DNA from: an uncultured Lachnospiraceae bacterium
Lineage (GTDB): Bacteria; Bacillota; Clostridia; Lachnospirales; Lachnospiraceae
Length of the DNA: 64,000 nt
Assembly: GCA_946535445.1 (NCBI GenBank)
Contig: CAMNDN010000002.1
Span: 5,831-69,830 of the forward strand
Direction of reading: 5' to 3'
The notes below the pieces were generated by a model. The model was not told the origin of the DNA. It saw only the letters and a program-made list of their open reading frames with translations, and made no database searches. Below, piece after piece: positions 20,010 to 30,740 of the stretch. A program made the translations under genes and the position numbers. Position 1 is the first letter of the stretch, and every line of letters starts with the position of its first letter.

Positions 20010-22103
20010 TCAGTCGTCCGAACCTTCAGCAAGCTGATCTGCACGAGCTTTGATCTCTTTCTCCTGTACATCTGCAGGAGCCTGCTCGTATCTTGCGAAT
20101 TCATAGGAGAATTCACCCTGACCACCGGTCATGGAGCGAAGTACTGTTCCGTATCCGTCCATTTCCTTCTGCGGAACGTCCGCCTCAATGATCGTATTGC
20201 CCTTGTGATCCGGATTCATTCCGAGAACACGTCCGCGACGTTTATTCAGATCGCCCATAACATCGCCGGTAAATTTATCTCTTACTTTGACCTTCAGGCT
20301 GATGATCGGCTCAAGGAGAACCGGACCTGCTTTGAGGAAGCCTTCCTTGAATGCCATATGTGTAGCAGTCTTGAATGCCTGTTCGGAGGAGTCTACCGGA
20401 TGATAGGATCCATCGTAAAGAGTCGCTTTAACGCCGACTACCGGATAAGCAGCAAGCGGGCCCTTCGCTACGGCTTCTGTAAGACCCTTCTCAACTGCCG
20501 GATAATAGTTCTTCGGAACAGCGCCGCCGACTACTTCGATTGCGAACTCGTACGGTTTTGTCTGATCATCGCTCGGCTCGAAGCGCATCTTTACATGACC
20601 ATACTGACCATGACCGCCTGTCTGCTTCTTGTACTTACCTTCAACATCGGATTTCTTGCGGATCGTCTCACGGAAAGCGACCTTCGGCTCAAGAAGTTCA
20701 ATGTCTACTTTGTAGCGCTCTTTCAGCTTGCTCTTGATTACCTCAAGCTGCTGTTCGCCGATACCGTAAAGCAGAGACTGATGATTTGCGGAATCAAGAA
20801 CAGTCTTGAATGTGATATCTTCTGCCGCAAGCTTGCTGAGAGAGGAAGCGACCTTATCTTCATCGCCCTTCTTAACAGCTCTGTAGCGCTTAACAGTATA
20901 TGGTGTGGAGATAAGTGCCTTCGGATAGGAAATCGGAGCTGCCTTGGATGAGAGGGAGTCTCCTGTATTCACATCACCGAGTTTTGCAAGGGCTCCGATA
21001 TCACCTGCGAAAAGCTCCGGAACTTCCTGGGACTTATTGCCGGTCATGATATAGAGCTTGCCGAGACGTACATCGCTCTCCTTCTGTACATCGTAAAGTG
21101 TATCATCCGATTTAAGAACACCGGAATTTACCTTGATAAAGCTGTACTTGCCGATGAACGGGTCAGCGATCGTCTTCCATACGTAAGCTGTCTTCTGCTT
21201 CTGGAAATCATAATTCGCTTCGAAGATCTCATTATTCTTCTGGTTGATACCGTTGATCTGTCTCTGGGTCGGATTCGGGAACATTTCTACGATATCATCG
21301 AGAAGGTTCGCAATACCATGCAGATTGATCGCGGCACCCATGCTGACCGGAACGATCGAGCAGTCGCGGATATTGGTAGCAAGAGCGGCTGCCACTTCTT
21401 TTTCGGAGAATTCTTCGCCGCTGAAATAACGATCCATGAATTCCTCGGATGTTTCCGCAACGGATTCCATCAGAGACTCATGATAGTTCTCAAGATACTC
21501 TTCCAGATAGTCCGGTACCGGGCATTCTACCTTATCCTGCTTGTTGACGAACTTTCTTCCGCTCTGCTTTACGATGCTTACATATCCGACGAATTTTCCG
21601 TCTTCACGGATCGGCATATGGATAGGAGCAACTTTCTTTCCGTAAAGCTCCTGAAGCTGTTCAACGATCGTACGATAAGAAACATCATCATTATCCATCT
21701 CGGTGACAAAGAACATGCGCGGAAGATTTCTTTCTTCACAGAGTTCCCATGCCTTCTCTGTACCGACCTGAATACCGTCTTTTCCGGAGACCAGAATAAT
21801 AGCAGCGTCAGCAACGCTTACAGCCTGCTCTACTTCACCGACGAAATCAAAATAACCCGGTGTATCGAGTATGTTGACTTTTACTTTATTCCATTCAATC
21901 GGAACAACTGAAGCTCCGATCGAGAACTTTCTCCTGATTTCCTCCTTATCATAGTCACTGATGGTATTACCGTCCGTCACATTACCCATACGGTTCGTGA
22001 TGCCGGAGAGATAAGCCATAGCTTCTGTAAGGGTTGTCTTACCCGATCCGCCGTGACCAAGTAATACGACGTTACGGATTCTGTCACTAGTATAAACGTT
22101 CAT
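20010..22103 (-). CDS. Elongation factor G paralog (EF-G II-like)
   Basis: Full EF-G length; KKQTGGHGQYG, SYHPVDSS, LLEPI, LRSMTGG; outside the str operon; divergent G motifs. Confidence 0.9.
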   Translation of the reverse strand: MNVYTSDRIRNVVLLGHGGSGKTTLTEAMAYLSGITNRMGNVTDGNTISDYDKEEIRRKFSIGASVVPIEWNKVKVNILDTPGYFDFVGEVEQAVSVADAAIILVSGKDGIQVGTEKAWELCEERNLPRMFFVTEMDNDDVSYRTIVEQLQELYGKKVAPIHMPIREDGKFVGYVSIVKQSGRKFVNKQDKVECPVPDYLEEYLENYHESLMESVAETSEEFMDRYFSGEEFSEKEVAAALATNIRDCSIVPVSMGAAINLHGIANLLDDIVEMFPNPTQRQINGINQKNNEIFEANYDFQKQKTAYVWKTIADPFIGKYSFIKVNSGVLKSDDTLYDVQKESDVRLGKLYIMTGNKSQEVPELFAGDIGALAKLGDVNTGDSLSSKAAPISYPKALISTPYTVKRYRAVKKGDEDKVASSLSKLAAEDITFKTVLDSANHQSLLYGIGEQQLEVIKSKLKERYKVDIELLEPKVAFRETIRKKSDVEGKYKKQTGGHGQYGHVKMRFEPSDDQTKPYEFAIEVVGGAVPKNYYPAVEKGLTEAVAKGPLAAYPVVGVKATLYDGSYHPVDSSEQAFKTATHMAFKEGFLKAGPVLLEPIISLKVKVRDKFTGDVMGDLNKRRGRVLGMNPDHKGNTIIEADVPQKEMDGYGTVLRSMTGGQGEFSYEFARYEQAPADVQEKEIKARADQLAEGSDD

Positions 22104-22391
22104 GATAACCTCCCAAAAACAATTATGCAGATATTTTACTAGAGTTTATCTTATTATTCAAGTGCGATTGCCCTTAAAACCCGGGAATGGAGCTCAAAAA
22201 AATAATAATTTGCATGTTATTTGCATGTTTTTTGCGCTTTAAAGCACTAAATTTCAGCCATGCACTTTTCTTCATCCGATTAATTTGGTAATATTGTACA
22301 TGGCATTTTACGGAATGAAGTGCCTGTTGGTCATTCATTCCGTAAATATTATGCATAAAAAAGCTCTATTGAAAGGCAGGGATGATCGGAT

Positions 22392-23486
22392 TTGACTTTT
22401 GAAAATATCGGCTTTATCGGCCTGGGCCTTATAGGCGGATCTGTCGCAAAAGCATTGCGCCGCGTATATCCGGATCTTACTATAACGGCATATAATCGTA
22501 ATCATGAAGTATTGGATATGGCAGTTCGTGACGGAACCGTGAGTATTGCTTCCGATGAAAGCCTCGAGGCTTTTTCCGGATGTGATATTATATTTCTCTG
22601 CGTTCCTGTTGTGACGGCGCTGCAGTTCATGGATCGTCTTACGGAGCTCGTCAGACCGGGGACCATACTTACCGATGTCGGCTCCGTAAAAGGGGAGATA
22701 CACAGATATATCGAAGAGCGGGGACTTACCGACCGTTTTATAGGCGGACATCCTATGGCCGGATCTGAAAAAACAGGCTACACCAATGCTTCTGACAGAC
22801 TGGTTGAGAACGCCTGGTATATTATGACTCCTTCTGCAGGTGTTCCGAAAGAGAAAATAAAGGGGATGAAAGAAATGCTTGAATCCATCGGGGCTTTACC
22901 CCTGATCATGGATTACAGAGAGCATGATAAGGTGACTGCAGCCATCAGCCATCTTCCGCACGTCATCTCCGCTTCTTTAGTCAACCTGGTCCATGATCTG
23001 GACGGACCGGAAGAATATATGCGCACGATAGCAGCCGGCGGATTCCGGGATATCACCCGGATTTCATCCTCGTCACCTCAGATGTGGCAGGAAATCTGTC
23101 TTTCGAATCCGGACAATATCTGCTATATGCTCGATAAATATATCGCAAAACTTCTGGATTACAGGCATGCTGTGGGCAATGAGGATGCCGAAAAACTTCT
23201 TCATATATTTTCAGACTGCAAGGATTACAGAGACAGCTTTGATACGAAGGCCGGCTCCGTCCTTCGCGAATTCCGTATCTATCTGGATCTGATCGATGAG
23301 GCAGGCAGCATTGCTACGGTAGCTACTATACTCGCCGTTAATGCTATCTCCATTAAGAACATAGGTATTGTTCATAACCGTGAATTTGAACAGGGTGTTC
23401 TCAGAATTGTTTTTTATAATGAAGAGTCCATGTTAAAGGCCATAAGCCTGCTCGGCAACAGAGGATATACGATTTACCACGACTGA
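22392..23486 (+). CDS. tyrA: Prephenate dehydrogenase with C-terminal ACT domain
   Basis: GLGLIGGS, DVGSVK, HPMAGSE, SHLPH, GGFRDITR. Confidence 0.93.
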   Translation: MTFENIGFIGLGLIGGSVAKALRRVYPDLTITAYNRNHEVLDMAVRDGTVSIASDESLEAFSGCDIIFLCVPVVTALQFMDRLTELVRPGTILTDVGSVKGEIHRYIEERGLTDRFIGGHPMAGSEKTGYTNASDRLVENAWYIMTPSAGVPKEKIKGMKEMLESIGALPLIMDYREHDKVTAAISHLPHVISASLVNLVHDLDGPEEYMRTIAAGGFRDITRISSSSPQMWQEICLSNPDNICYMLDKYIAKLLDYRHAVGNEDAEKLLHIFSDCKDYRDSFDTKAGSVLREFRIYLDLIDEAGSIATVATILAVNAISIKNIGIVHNREFEQGVLRIVFYNEESMLKAISLLGNRGYTIYHD

Positions 23487-23513
23487 TAAGAACCAACATT
23501 TACAGGAGAATCT

Positions 23514-24887
23514 ATGAAAATACCAGTAGCTAAATCACTCCGCGGAGATCTTCGTGTTCCGGGAGATAAGTCTGTCTCTCACCGGTCCGTTATGCTCGGA
23601 GCCATTGCGAACGGAACGACTGAAGTGCGCGGATTTCTAAAGAGCGCGGACTGTCTTGCCACGATCAACTGCTTTAGAAGCATGGGAATAAAAATCGAGG
23701 AAATCAGGGAAGATGACCTGTACACAGGAGAAACGCAGTCTGTTCTCGTTATACACGGGAACGGTCTTCATGGACTCAGGAAGCCGGAAACTCCACTGAA
23801 TGCCATGAACAGCGGAACGACTGTCCGTCTGCTGTCCGGCATTCTTGCAGGTCAGGATTTCGATTCGTATATAACAGGGGACAGCTCTCTTAAACGACGT
23901 CCCATGAAAAGGATCATGGATCCGCTCACACAGATGGGCTGCGACATTACTTCGGAAAACAAAAACTTCTGTCTCCCCCTCTCCATCCATGGAGGGAATC
24001 TGAAACCTGTTCATTTTACAAGCAATGTCGCTTCTGCCCAGGTCAAATCCTGTGTGTTGCTTGCAGGTCTTTACGCTGACGGACCTACAACTTACCTTGA
24101 GCCTGCCAGATCAAGAAATCACACAGAACTTATGCTCTCTGCTTTCGGAGGGAATATAAAGACCAAAGTGGATCCCCTTACGATGTATCCCGGGGCTATT
24201 GTATACCCGGGAACGAATCTGAGAGGCCAGAAGATCACGGTTCCCGGCGATATCTCGTCTGCTGCCTATTTTATCGCTGCCGCTCTCCTCGTCCCGAAAT
24301 CGGAAATACATCTTCTGGGGGTCGGTATCAATGAGACCAGGGATGGTATCCTCCGGGTAGCAAAAGCGATGGGGGGAAGTGTAACAACAAGCAATGTTCG
24401 AATGGAAGGACGTGAACCGGTCGCAGATATCACAGTGAAGTCCTCGAAGCTGAAAGGAACGAATATCGGCGGAGCCCTGATTCCTCTTCTTATTGATGAG
24501 CTTCCGATCATTGCCATCATGGCAGCCTGCGCGGAGGGAGATACGGCGATCTACGACGCGGCTGAACTGCGGGTCAAAGAATCTGACCGCCTGGGCGCGA
24601 TTGTCGAAAATCTCCGCAATATGAATGTAAATGTCGAAGAGACTCCTGATGGAATGATCATTCACGGCGCAGGAGGAAAAAGGCAGCGTGCAAAGCGCTC
24701 TCCCGGCCGGCTCGGATTCTTTAACGGAACGACGGTCGATCCGCTTGGTGATCACAGACTTGCGATGGCCTTTTCCATAGCCGGTCTGATATCCGATACG
24801 CAGATGACAATTACGAACACGGACTGCGTAAAAATATCCTATCCGATGTTCTATCATGATCTTGCGATGCTGACGAATTCGTTCTGA
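23514..24887 (+). CDS. aroA: EPSP synthase (class II-like)
   Basis: PGDKSVSHR, NSGTT.RL, SAQVKS, ELRVKESDR, DHRLAM. Confidence 0.96.
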   Translation: MKIPVAKSLRGDLRVPGDKSVSHRSVMLGAIANGTTEVRGFLKSADCLATINCFRSMGIKIEEIREDDLYTGETQSVLVIHGNGLHGLRKPETPLNAMNSGTTVRLLSGILAGQDFDSYITGDSSLKRRPMKRIMDPLTQMGCDITSENKNFCLPLSIHGGNLKPVHFTSNVASAQVKSCVLLAGLYADGPTTYLEPARSRNHTELMLSAFGGNIKTKVDPLTMYPGAIVYPGTNLRGQKITVPGDISSAAYFIAAALLVPKSEIHLLGVGINETRDGILRVAKAMGGSVTTSNVRMEGREPVADITVKSSKLKGTNIGGALIPLLIDELPIIAIMAACAEGDTAIYDAAELRVKESDRLGAIVENLRNMNVNVEETPDGMIIHGAGGKRQRAKRSPGRLGFFNGTTVDPLGDHRLAMAFSIAGLISDTQMTITNTDCVKISYPMFYHDLAMLTNSF

Positions 24888-24914
24888 AATCTGATGAACA
24901 CATTTTTGATACGA

Positions 24915-24942
24915 AAAAGGTCGGGAGCAGTCCCGACCTTTT
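24915..24942. terminator. Bidirectional terminator between aroA and queA
   Basis: AAAAGGTCGGGA-gcag-TCCCGACCTTTT. Confidence 0.85.
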
Positions 24943-25007
24943 ATGCAGTCATGTATCTTTGATCATACGATTGATTACAGATAGTTTTTTCTGAATTTTT
25001 TCAGTAT

Positions 25008-26066
25008 TCACAAGATCAGCATCGCATCTCCAAATGAGAAGAACCGATATCGTTCTTTCACCGCCTCTTCATAGGCAGCAAGCACATGTTCCCTTCCCGC
25101 AAATGCTGAGACCAGCATGACCAGCGTAGATTCCGGTAAATGGAAATTCGTAATAAGACCCTGCATCAGCTTGAATGTATAACCCGGATAAATGAAAATC
25201 TGGGTCCATCCGCTTTTTGCGGCAAGCTTATAGCCGCCTTCTCCGTCCGATACGGCAGCAGATTCGATTGTTCTGCAGGATGTCGTTCCGACGCAGATAA
25301 CCCTGTGTCCGCTTTCTCTTGTGCGATTGACAAGTTCAGCCGTCTCTTCGGAAACGATATAGTATTCCGAGTGCATATGATGCTCTTCTATTTTATCCGA
25401 CTTGACGGGACGAAATGTTCCGAGTCCGACATGAAGAGTGACATGGGCAATGTTGACGCCCATACGCTGAATTTCTTCCAGCAGCTCCTTCGTAAAATGA
25501 AGACCGGCAGTAGGGGCGGCTGCAGAACCGTCATGCTTGGCATAGACCGTGTTATAACGTGTCCTGTCTTCCAGTTTATGGTGGATATAAGGCGGCAGAG
25601 GCATCTCACCGAGCGAGTCAAGCACCTCTTCGAATATCCCCTCATAAGAAAACCGTATAAGTCGATTACCTTCCTCGAGAATATCCACAACTTCACCGAT
25701 CAGGGGCGCTTTCTCCGGGCTGCCGTCCGGACTTCCGAAAAGAATTTTTGTACCGATTCTGCACTTTTTACCCGGCTTCACCAGTGTTTCCCAGGTATCT
25801 GCCGATTTACGGACAAGAAGGAGGATCTCTACTTTACCCATTGTCCCCTCTCTTACGCCGTACAGACGCGCAGGAATGACTCTGGTATCGTTGATAACAA
25901 GCGTATCCCCCGGCGAAAGATAGTTCCTTATGTCCGTGAAAACACCGTGTGTAATTTCACCGCTCTCCCGGTCCATAAAAAGGAGCCTTGACGAAGAGCG
26001 GTCTTTAAGCGGATCCTGTGCGATCAGTTCTTCCGGAAGATCATAATAAAAATCCGATGTTTTCAT
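25008..26066 (-). CDS. queA: SAM:tRNA ribosyltransferase-isomerase
   Basis: [42 protein letters not shown]. Confidence 0.97.
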   Translation of the reverse strand: MKTSDFYYDLPEELIAQDPLKDRSSSRLLFMDRESGEITHGVFTDIRNYLSPGDTLVINDTRVIPARLYGVREGTMGKVEILLLVRKSADTWETLVKPGKKCRIGTKILFGSPDGSPEKAPLIGEVVDILEEGNRLIRFSYEGIFEEVLDSLGEMPLPPYIHHKLEDRTRYNTVYAKHDGSAAAPTAGLHFTKELLEEIQRMGVNIAHVTLHVGLGTFRPVKSDKIEEHHMHSEYYIVSEETAELVNRTRESGHRVICVGTTSCRTIESAAVSDGEGGYKLAAKSGWTQIFIYPGYTFKLMQGLITNFHLPESTLVMLVSAFAGREHVLAAYEEAVKERYRFFSFGDAMLIL

Positions 26067-26110
26067 AAATCTCCTTCAGAAAAGTCAACTTCAGTCTCTT
26101 TTTACGATTT

Positions 26111-28531
26111 TTACTTTCTGAGTTCAATTCCGATGCCGTTCAGACCGTTTAGGATCTTATTCATAGCGGAGACGATCTCACTCTCCTCCATGGTCTTATC
26201 TTTATGCCTGAAGACCAGACTGTATGCGACAGACTTATAGCCGGGCAGAATTCCGGGACCCTCATAAATATCGAAAAGATTATAGCTTTCAAGAAGCTTT
26301 CCGCCTCTCTGTTCGAGAACGGCTTCGATCTCTGCAGCCGTAATGCTGCGGGGAACGATCATAGAGATGTCACGTGTTACAGCCGGATAACGGGCAATAC
26401 CCGTGAACTTGCGGTCAAATGTCGCATAAGGCAAAATAGCAGGCATATCAAGCACGGCAATATAAGTGCGTTCCCCAATGCCGTAATTCTGGCATACAAG
26501 CGGATGTACTTCGCCGATCTCACCGATCACGGTCCCTTCGTAGATGATCTGAGCCTGACGTCCGGGATGGAGATAATTCCGTTTTACATCTGCTTTATAC
26601 ACCGCTTTTTTCCGAAGACCGAATTTGGTCATCAGAAGCTGGACGACACCCTTCATATCAAAGAAATCGCCTTCACCGTACATGCCGAGTGTGAGACGCA
26701 TACGCTCGTCCGGGAGCTCAGTCAGCGGAAGAGCCTTCGGAATATAGACATTACCATGCTCATAGAGCCGGACATTTTTGTTTCTTCTATTATAATTAGT
26801 AGCCAGAGAAGTAAGGATTCCGTTCAGGGAAGTCGTCCGCATGATAGAGAAATCTTCTCCGAGAGGATTCATGATCTCAATGGCGTTGCGAAGCGAATCA
26901 TCCGGATCCAGTCTCAGCTTATCGAAAACCTTCCTGGATTCGAAAGAATAGCAGTACCCCTGTGAGAAGCCGCAATCTTCAGCAATTTCACGAGCGATGG
27001 CAAGGATTCTCATGTCGAACTGAAGCTTTCCGGCTGTTGCCGAACCGGAAGGCAGCGTCATCGGGATCTTGTCATAGCCATAGAAACGGGCAACTTCTTC
27101 GGCGAGATCACATGTGCGAAGGACATCCTGTCTCCATGTCGGGACGATTACTGCACGTTTTTCCGCATCATACCTGAGATCGACTGCCTCAAAGTAAGAA
27201 ATCATCTCCTCTTCTGAGAAAGATGTTCCGAGCAGAGCATTGATCTTCTCGGGTTCAAAAGCCACTTCCTTCGGCTTGCGGACCTCGTCATAGACATCTA
27301 CGATGCCGCCGACAACTTCACCTGCTCCGAACTCTTCCATGAGTTCACATGCACGGTTGATTGCTTCCTCTGCCGTATTCGGATCAAGTCCCTTGTCGAA
27401 CTTCTGAGAAGCATCTGTCTGCAGACCGATTCTCTTGGAGGACAGACGGATATTGGTTCCGTTAAAGCAGGCAGCCTCGAAAAGAACGGTTTTTACATTA
27501 TCTGTGATCATGGAATTCTCACCGCCCATGATACCGCCGATTCCGATTTCTTTTTCGGCATCACAGATCATGATGACATCGTGATCGAGGTGACGTTCCT
27601 GACCGTCAAGCGTTGTAAAGACATCACCGTCCTTTGCGCGCTTAACAATGATCTTATGCCCGGCGATCATATCGTAATCATAGGAGTGCATCGGCTGGCC
27701 GTACTCTTCCATGATATAGTTCGTGATATCGACAACATTGTTGATCGGACGGATTCCATTGGATGCAAGACATCTCTGCATCCATTTCGGAGACGGACCA
27801 AGCTTGACATTCTTCACAACTCTGGCTGTGAAGCGGGGGCACAGATCCTTGTCGATCACTTCCACATCAATATAATCTGACGCTTTCTCATCATTGCCGG
27901 TTACTTTAATTTCCGGTTTATGGAATTCTTTTCCAAATGTAGCAGCAGCCTCACGCGCTATACCGATGACGCTGTAACAGTCTACACGATTGGAAGTGAT
28001 TTCATATTCTATGATTGCATCATGAAGACCAAGAAGTTCAACAGCGTCCGCTCCGACCTCCGTATCATCCGGGAATACATAGATACCGTACTCAGGAGCT
28101 TCCGGATACATTTCGTGCGTGCTTCCAAGCTCCTCGATCGAGCAGATCATACCGTGTGATTCCACACCGCGAAGTTTGCCGGCTTTGATCTTGATACCAC
28201 CGGCAGCTTTGTCGCCATCTCTGCTTCCCGCGACGCTTCCGCCTTCGAGAACGACCGGTACTTTCTGACCGGCAGCCACATTCGGTGCACCGCATACGAT
28301 CTGGAGCGGTTCCTCTGCTCCGACATTGACCATGCATACGTGAAGATGGTCTGAATTCGGATGCGGCTCACAGCTTAAAATCTCGCCCACAACGATCTTG
28401 TCGAGATTTTTATCAAGTTCTTCGTAATTTTCTACCTTTGTTCCGGACAGAGTCATGGCATCCGCATACTCCTGGGCAGAGACATCAAGATCCGGGACAT
28501 ATTTTTTTATCCATGAAAGTGAAGTGTTCAT
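26111..28531 (-). CDS. pheT: Phenylalanyl-tRNA synthetase beta subunit
   Basis: IVCGAPN, NNVVDITNY, DLAEEVAR, YPAVTRD; follows pheS. Confidence 0.97.
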   Translation of the reverse strand: MNTSLSWIKKYVPDLDVSAQEYADAMTLSGTKVENYEELDKNLDKIVVGEILSCEPHPNSDHLHVCMVNVGAEEPLQIVCGAPNVAAGQKVPVVLEGGSVAGSRDGDKAAGGIKIKAGKLRGVESHGMICSIEELGSTHEMYPEAPEYGIYVFPDDTEVGADAVELLGLHDAIIEYEITSNRVDCYSVIGIAREAAATFGKEFHKPEIKVTGNDEKASDYIDVEVIDKDLCPRFTARVVKNVKLGPSPKWMQRCLASNGIRPINNVVDITNYIMEEYGQPMHSYDYDMIAGHKIIVKRAKDGDVFTTLDGQERHLDHDVIMICDAEKEIGIGGIMGGENSMITDNVKTVLFEAACFNGTNIRLSSKRIGLQTDASQKFDKGLDPNTAEEAINRACELMEEFGAGEVVGGIVDVYDEVRKPKEVAFEPEKINALLGTSFSEEEMISYFEAVDLRYDAEKRAVIVPTWRQDVLRTCDLAEEVARFYGYDKIPMTLPSGSATAGKLQFDMRILAIAREIAEDCGFSQGYCYSFESRKVFDKLRLDPDDSLRNAIEIMNPLGEDFSIMRTTSLNGILTSLATNYNRRNKNVRLYEHGNVYIPKALPLTELPDERMRLTLGMYGEGDFFDMKGVVQLLMTKFGLRKKAVYKADVKRNYLHPGRQAQIIYEGTVIGEIGEVHPLVCQNYGIGERTYIAVLDMPAILPYATFDRKFTGIARYPAVTRDISMIVPRSITAAEIEAVLEQRGGKLLESYNLFDIYEGPGILPGYKSVAYSLVFRHKDKTMEESEIVSAMNKILNGLNGIGIELRK

Positions 28532-28587
28532 AGGTACTCCTTTTTATATAATGCAGGCTCGGGAATTGTCGAAATCATGCGTGCTGA

Positions 28588-29619
28588 TCAGGTGAACTGA
28601 CTGAGGAAACGGACATCGTTCTCATACAGCAGACGCATATCATCGATTTCATACTTAAGAAGAGCAATTCTCTCAAGACCTACGCCGAAAGCAAATCCCG
28701 TATACTCTTCCGGATCAATTCCGCACATTTCAAGAACATGCGGATGGACCATACCGCATCCGAGGATCTCGATCCATCCGGAACCCTTGCAGAAACGGCA
28801 TCCCTTACCCCCGCACTTGAAGCAGGACACATCAACCTCCGCTGACGGTTCCGTGAACGGGAAATGATGCGGACGGAACTTCGTCTTCGTATCCGGACCG
28901 AACAGCTCCTTGGCAAAGACATCAAGAGTTCCTTTCAAATCAGCCAGCGTGACATTCTTGTCGATTACAAGTCCCTCGATCTGATGGAAAGACGGTGAAT
29001 GCGTCGCATCCACTTCATCTGACCGGAAAACGCGTCCGGGTGAGATCATACGGATCGGGAGCTTTCCCTTCTCCATGACACGGGCTTGGACCGGAGATGT
29101 CTGTGTACGGAGAAGGATCTCTTTATTAATATAAAAGGTATCCTGCTCATCCTTTGCCGGATGGTTGGCAGGTATATTGAGCTTTGTAAAATTATAATCA
29201 TCGTATTCGATTTCAGGTCCTTCAATGACCTCGTAGCCCATGCCGATGAAAATTCTTTCAACTTCCTCGAGAGCAATCGTGTTCGGATGGCGATGACCGA
29301 TGAATTTCATCTTCGCAGGAAGAGTGACATCGATTTCTTCAGCCGCGAGCTGTCTGTTAAGCCGTTCGGCGTCCAGTTTTCTCTTCTTTTCTTCCATCTG
29401 CGCTTCGATAACTTCACGGGCAGAATTCACCCATTTCCCGACTTTCGGTCTGTCTTCCGGGGAGACTGTCTTCATGGATTTCAGGACTGCTGTGAGGGAA
29501 CCCTTTTTTCCGAGGAAAGAGACGCGAACATCATTCAGCTTTTCAAGACCTTCTGCTGAATTGATCGCGTTCATGGCATTTTCCTGAATCTCTCTTACTT
29601 TCTGTTCTATATCACTCAT
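28588..29619 (-). CDS. pheS: Phenylalanyl-tRNA synthetase alpha subunit
   Basis: LRTQTSPVQ, FPFTEPS, EILGCGMV, GFAFGVGLER; start after GGAGG. Confidence 0.98.
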   Translation of the reverse strand: MSDIEQKVREIQENAMNAINSAEGLEKLNDVRVSFLGKKGSLTAVLKSMKTVSPEDRPKVGKWVNSAREVIEAQMEEKKRKLDAERLNRQLAAEEIDVTLPAKMKFIGHRHPNTIALEEVERIFIGMGYEVIEGPEIEYDDYNFTKLNIPANHPAKDEQDTFYINKEILLRTQTSPVQARVMEKGKLPIRMISPGRVFRSDEVDATHSPSFHQIEGLVIDKNVTLADLKGTLDVFAKELFGPDTKTKFRPHHFPFTEPSAEVDVSCFKCGGKGCRFCKGSGWIEILGCGMVHPHVLEMCGIDPEEYTGFAFGVGLERIALLKYEIDDMRLLYENDVRFLSQFT

Positions 29620-29667
29620 ATATGCCTCCAGAGTATTTAAAACATACATTTTCACACATACTAACAA

Positions 29668-29696
29668 ATTCTATATCGTTAAGGAACAAATGTCAA
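29668..29696 (-). promoter_or_regulatory. SigA-type promoter of pheST
   Basis: TTGACA-17 bp-TAGAAT about 48 nt before the start codon. Confidence 0.7.
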
Positions 29697-29721
29697 AGAA
29701 AACAGTCTTTTTCAGGGTGGA

Positions 29722-30738
29722 TTATTTTATATTTTCTTTATTTTCATCCTCATCATCCCATCTTATTTCTATGTCATCAGGCTGTCTGATGACATAAGCC
29801 TGACTGTTTGGTCCCGACGCGTTCCCTTCTGCCTCCGCTTTCTCGCGGATGATCTGCTCACGGATGCGCTGGTTCTTCTCGTTTCCCCGCTGTACCGCTC
29901 CGTCGATCGTAACGAACAGAATGTTCTCCTCAGGATCCTCGTAAATCATGCGGTTCAGTTCGGCTCCTACAAGAACGAACAGCATGCAGAAATAGAGCCA
30001 CAGCATAGCCAGCACAATACCGGTCATACTGCCATATGTCGTCATAAGACTGCCGCTCCTCATAAAATAGAGGGAGACAATATAGGAAAAGAACATCCAC
30101 AGCGTCGAAGTGATCAGGGCTCCGGGCAGCTGACTCTTGAACGTATAATGGCAGTCCGGCAGAAATTTATATACGAAAAGTAAAATGCAGAGCAGTCCGA
30201 AGTATGCAAGTATCGAACGGAACGGATAAATAAAGTCAAGGAAATCTTTAACATCCGGCATCTTTGCGGCGATGTATTCATTGATCGTCCGACCGAAGAC
30301 TGAAATCTGAAGCGCAGCAAAAATAAAGATCAGAAGTATGATGATGTACAGCATCGATCTGATCCGCAGGTAAAGAAAACTTCTGCTCTCTTCCGCTCCG
30401 CTGATAACATTCAATCCTTTCGTGAGCGCGTGGAAGAACTTCGATGCGGACCAGACGAGAATGATAATGGAAATCGGTACGACTTTGAACGGTTTGTGAT
30501 AGACTTCTTCGATGATCGTGGAAGTAAAATCTTTGAGGCCGATTGGGACAACTTCTATGATCCCGTTCAGCAGAGAGGTCGAGTTCACCTGTGTCTGTCT
30601 TGATATAACAAAGAAAATAAGCATGAACGGAACAAAGGAAATCACCAGAAAATAGGCACACGTTGCCGCATAAGCGGCAATGTGGTGCCTGTTCATTCTC
30701 CCGGTAACTATATTATATCCCTTTATGATCTCATTCAT
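29722..30738 (-). CDS. YihY/BrkB family membrane protein
   Basis: AA..AYF..SFVP, WSAS, YKFLP, PGA, YGS..GI...MLWLY....L.GAE. Confidence 0.88.
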   Translation of the reverse strand: MNEIIKGYNIVTGRMNRHHIAAYAATCAYFLVISFVPFMLIFFVISRQTQVNSTSLLNGIIEVVPIGLKDFTSTIIEEVYHKPFKVVPISIIILVWSASKFFHALTKGLNVISGAEESRSFLYLRIRSMLYIIILLIFIFAALQISVFGRTINEYIAAKMPDVKDFLDFIYPFRSILAYFGLLCILLFVYKFLPDCHYTFKSQLPGALITSTLWMFFSYIVSLYFMRSGSLMTTYGSMTGIVLAMLWLYFCMLFVLVGAELNRMIYEDPEENILFVTIDGAVQRGNEKNQRIREQIIREKAEAEGNASGPNSQAYVIRQPDDIEIRWDDEDENKENIK

Positions 30739-30740
30739 AA

